Positions 8,372 through 10,272 of a stretch of 10,272 nucleotides of DNA are shown one piece after another. Where the stretch lies: the NCBI RefSeq assembly GCF_006345805.1, contig NW_021827717.1:1-10272 (forward strand). Reading direction: 5' to 3'. The first letter of the stretch is position 1, and each line of letters begins with the position of its first letter. A model generated the notes under the pieces. It had not been told where the DNA came from. It worked only from the letters and a program-made list of their open reading frames with translations, and made no database searches. The position numbers and the translations under genes were made by a program. The DNA is from Octopus sinensis (lineage: Eukaryota).

Positions 8372-8452
8372 TTAATTCTTGAAGCAGCCAATTTCTTTCT
8401 TGAGCTGTTCCAGTTCTGGAATTGGTTCATATTTTTCATTGATGTTCACCAA
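8372..8452 (-). CDS. Probable last coding exon of an unidentified minus-strand gene (LVNINEKYEPIPELEQLKKEIGCFKN*)
   Basis: Long U-rich acceptor TTTCTTTCTCTATTTATTTATTTATTTCAG| on the - strand ending at 8453. Only phase 0 stays open (26 codons then TAA), and the peptide has protein-like composition. Confidence 0.55.
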   Translation of the reverse strand: MVNINEKYEPIPELEQLKKEIGCFKN

Positions 8453-8583
8453 CTGAAATAAATAAATAAATAGAGAAAGAAATGAATAAATTGATAAATA
8501 AATAAACAGCAACAAGGCATTCACTTGTATATGAAGCCTGGATCCGTTGTTGACGAGCTAGCTTTCCCAACCTCATATATATA

Positions 8584-8811
8584 TACTCTTTTACTCTTTT
8601 TTACTCTTTTACTTGTTTCAGTCATTTGACTGCGGCCATGCTGGAGCACCGCCTTTAGTCGAGCAAATCGACCCCGGGACTTATTCTTTTGTAAGCCCAG
8701 TACTTATTCTATCGGTCTCTTTTTGCCGAACCGCTAAGTGACGGGGACGTAAACACACACCAGCATCGATTGTCAAGCAATGCTAGGGGCACAAACAGCA
8801 GACACACAAAC

Positions 8812-8862
<51 letters not shown>

Positions 8863-9006
8863 TACGACAGGCTTCTTTCAGTTTCTGTCTACCAAATCCA
8901 CTCACAAGGCATTGGTCGGCCCGGGGCTATAGCAGAAGACACTTGCCCAGTGGGACTGAACCCGGAACCATGTGGTTGATTAACAAGCTACTTACCACAC
9001 AGCCAC
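8584..9006 (-). mobile_element. tRNA-derived SINE, family 3, inverted copy with (AAAGAGTA)n tail
   Basis: Reverse complement of 1447-1840, with a 12-nt deletion just after the B box. ATATAT on both flanks. Confidence 0.92.
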
Positions 9007-9015
9007 GATATATAC

Positions 9016-9381
9016 AATTTACAAAAATAAGAGCAAAAGAAAAATTCTTATGCCAAATATGCCGAAAAAACGACAAAATTGTCAATAACCATTATAATTT
9101 TTGCGCCTCGAAACAAACCGATAGAAATTTCTAAAAAATCCGTTATTACCGTATTGGTCCCAATTTCGGGGTTAATTCATCAGAACTTTCCCCTCTTCGG
9201 CGATAAATACGTGAGATATAAGTGAAATACTTACTCATACCCATGGAAAAAGCAAGCACTAAGTCCTGGGCAGACTTAAGTACCCCAAATATATCCAAAA
9301 TTATAATGGTTATTGACAATTTTGTCTTTTTTTCGGCATATTTGGCATTAGAATTTTCTTTTGCCCTTATTTTTGTAAATT
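9016..9381. mobile_element. MITE (non-autonomous DNA transposon) with ~85-bp terminal inverted repeats
   Basis: 9016-9101 versus the reverse complement of 9297-9381 shows 3 substitutions and 1 indel. The ~195-bp interior is non-coding. TSD and superfamily unresolved. Confidence 0.82.
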
Positions 9382-9467
9382 ATTTATGAATTTAACCTTT
9401 AAAGGATTTTTGATATGCTGGCCATTGATAAAATTTTTTTCCCGAAAACATTTTATCCTACATTAGT

Positions 9468-9511
9468 TATATATAGATATATATATATATATATTATATA
9501 TATATATATAT

Positions 9512-9547
<36 letters not shown>

Positions 9548-9570
9548 AAGAAAGAAAGAAAGAAAGAGAA
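9468..9570. repeat. (TA)n-(GA)n-(GAAA)n compound microsatellite
   Basis: Directly visible. Confidence 0.95.
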
Positions 9571-9609
9571 ATGCCGATATATATAATACATTCAACGAAA
9601 ATTATTTAA

Positions 9610-9732
9610 GATGGGCTTCTTTCAGTTTCCGTCTACCAAATCCTCTCACAAGGCTTTGGTCGGTCCGAGGCTATAGTAGAAGAAAGTTGCCCAAGCTGCC
9701 ACGCAGTGGGATTGAACCCGGAACCATGTGGT
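9610..9732 (-). mobile_element. Fragment of a family-3-related SINE (B box/CORE part only)
   Basis: GGCTTCTTTCAGTTTCCGTCTACCAAAT...GAACCCGGAACCATGTGGTT matches the + strand text of roughly 8870-8978, with subfamily differences. Confidence 0.88.
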
Positions 9733-9828
9733 TCAAATATGAGTTGGCAATTTTTTTAAAGTTCTTCTTTGTCTTTCATTGAATAAATTCCATGAAACTA
9801 CTAATATCGTATGATTACCAATTCCACT

Positions 9829-10171
9829 GAAGGCGCATGGCTCAGTGGTTAGAGCGTCGAGCTTACGATCGTGAGGTTGTGAGCTCGAATCCCGGACCGG
9901 GCTGCGTGTTGTGTTCTTGAGCAAGGCACTTTATTTCACGTTGCTCCAGTTCCCTCAGCTGTAGAAATGAGTTGCGACGTCACAGATACCAAACTGTATC
10001 GGCCCCTTTGCCTTTCCCTTGGATAACACTGGTGGCGTGGAGAGGGGAGGCTGGTATGCATGGGCGACTGCTGGTTTTCCATAAACAACCTTTCCCGGAC
10101 TTGTGTCTAGGAGGGTAACTCTCTAGGTGCAATCCCATGGTCATTCATGACCGAAGGGGGTCTTTACCCTT
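9829..10171 (+). mobile_element. Full-length tRNA-derived CORE-like SINE
   Basis: A box TGGCTCAGTGG 9838-9848, B box GCTCGAATCC 9883-9892, 3' hairpin GGTCAT-TC-ATGACC. 14-bp TSD TTACCAATTCCACT at 9815-9828 and 10172-10185. Confidence 0.93.
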
Positions 10172-10272
10172 TTACCAATTCCACTACACAACTTAAGAAA
10201 AGAAAACTGACCAACCCTTCCGTCCAACCCAAATTTCCTACAACGTATGAAATAGGAGGCACATAGAATTTT

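Noticed and set aside
8525-8557. 33-nt minus-strand micro-exon (LVNNGSRLHIQ) in frame with the 8452 exon
   Set aside because: The donor GTGAAT is plausible, but the acceptor has no pyrimidine tract.
9150-9192. Minus-strand hammerhead-like motif CTGATGA-N9-GAAA-TTGGGACCAATA inside the MITE
   Set aside because: The core and a stem III are present, but stems I and II cannot pair. It deserves a recheck only if the MITE consensus restores them.

Overview
This is repeat-dense eukaryotic DNA, most likely from a coleoid cephalopod (Octopus-like). That call is inferred from the tRNA-derived SINE families and long (TA)n/(CATA)n tracts, not from a database search. There is no complete gene. Two probable stop-codon-bearing exons face each other: a + strand exon at 2026-2202 with a degenerate EF-hand-like motif, and a - strand exon at 8452-8372. 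The rest is mobile DNA: at least five tRNA-SINE families (several with clean TSDs), a 440-bp non-autonomous Helitron, a MITE with ~85-bp TIRs, a CR1/Jockey-like LINE RT fossil, and microsatellites. The most unusual signals are: (i) one SINE family present three times as head-to-tail 184-bp multimers with an identical junction and recombinant variant patterns, two of them forming a ~1.2-kb inverted repeat; (ii) two minimal type-I hammerhead ribozyme motifs of the Penelope/retrozyme kind, one with an intact catalytic core; (iii) a SINE flanked by a ~97-bp direct duplication. All alignments and folds were done by eye.
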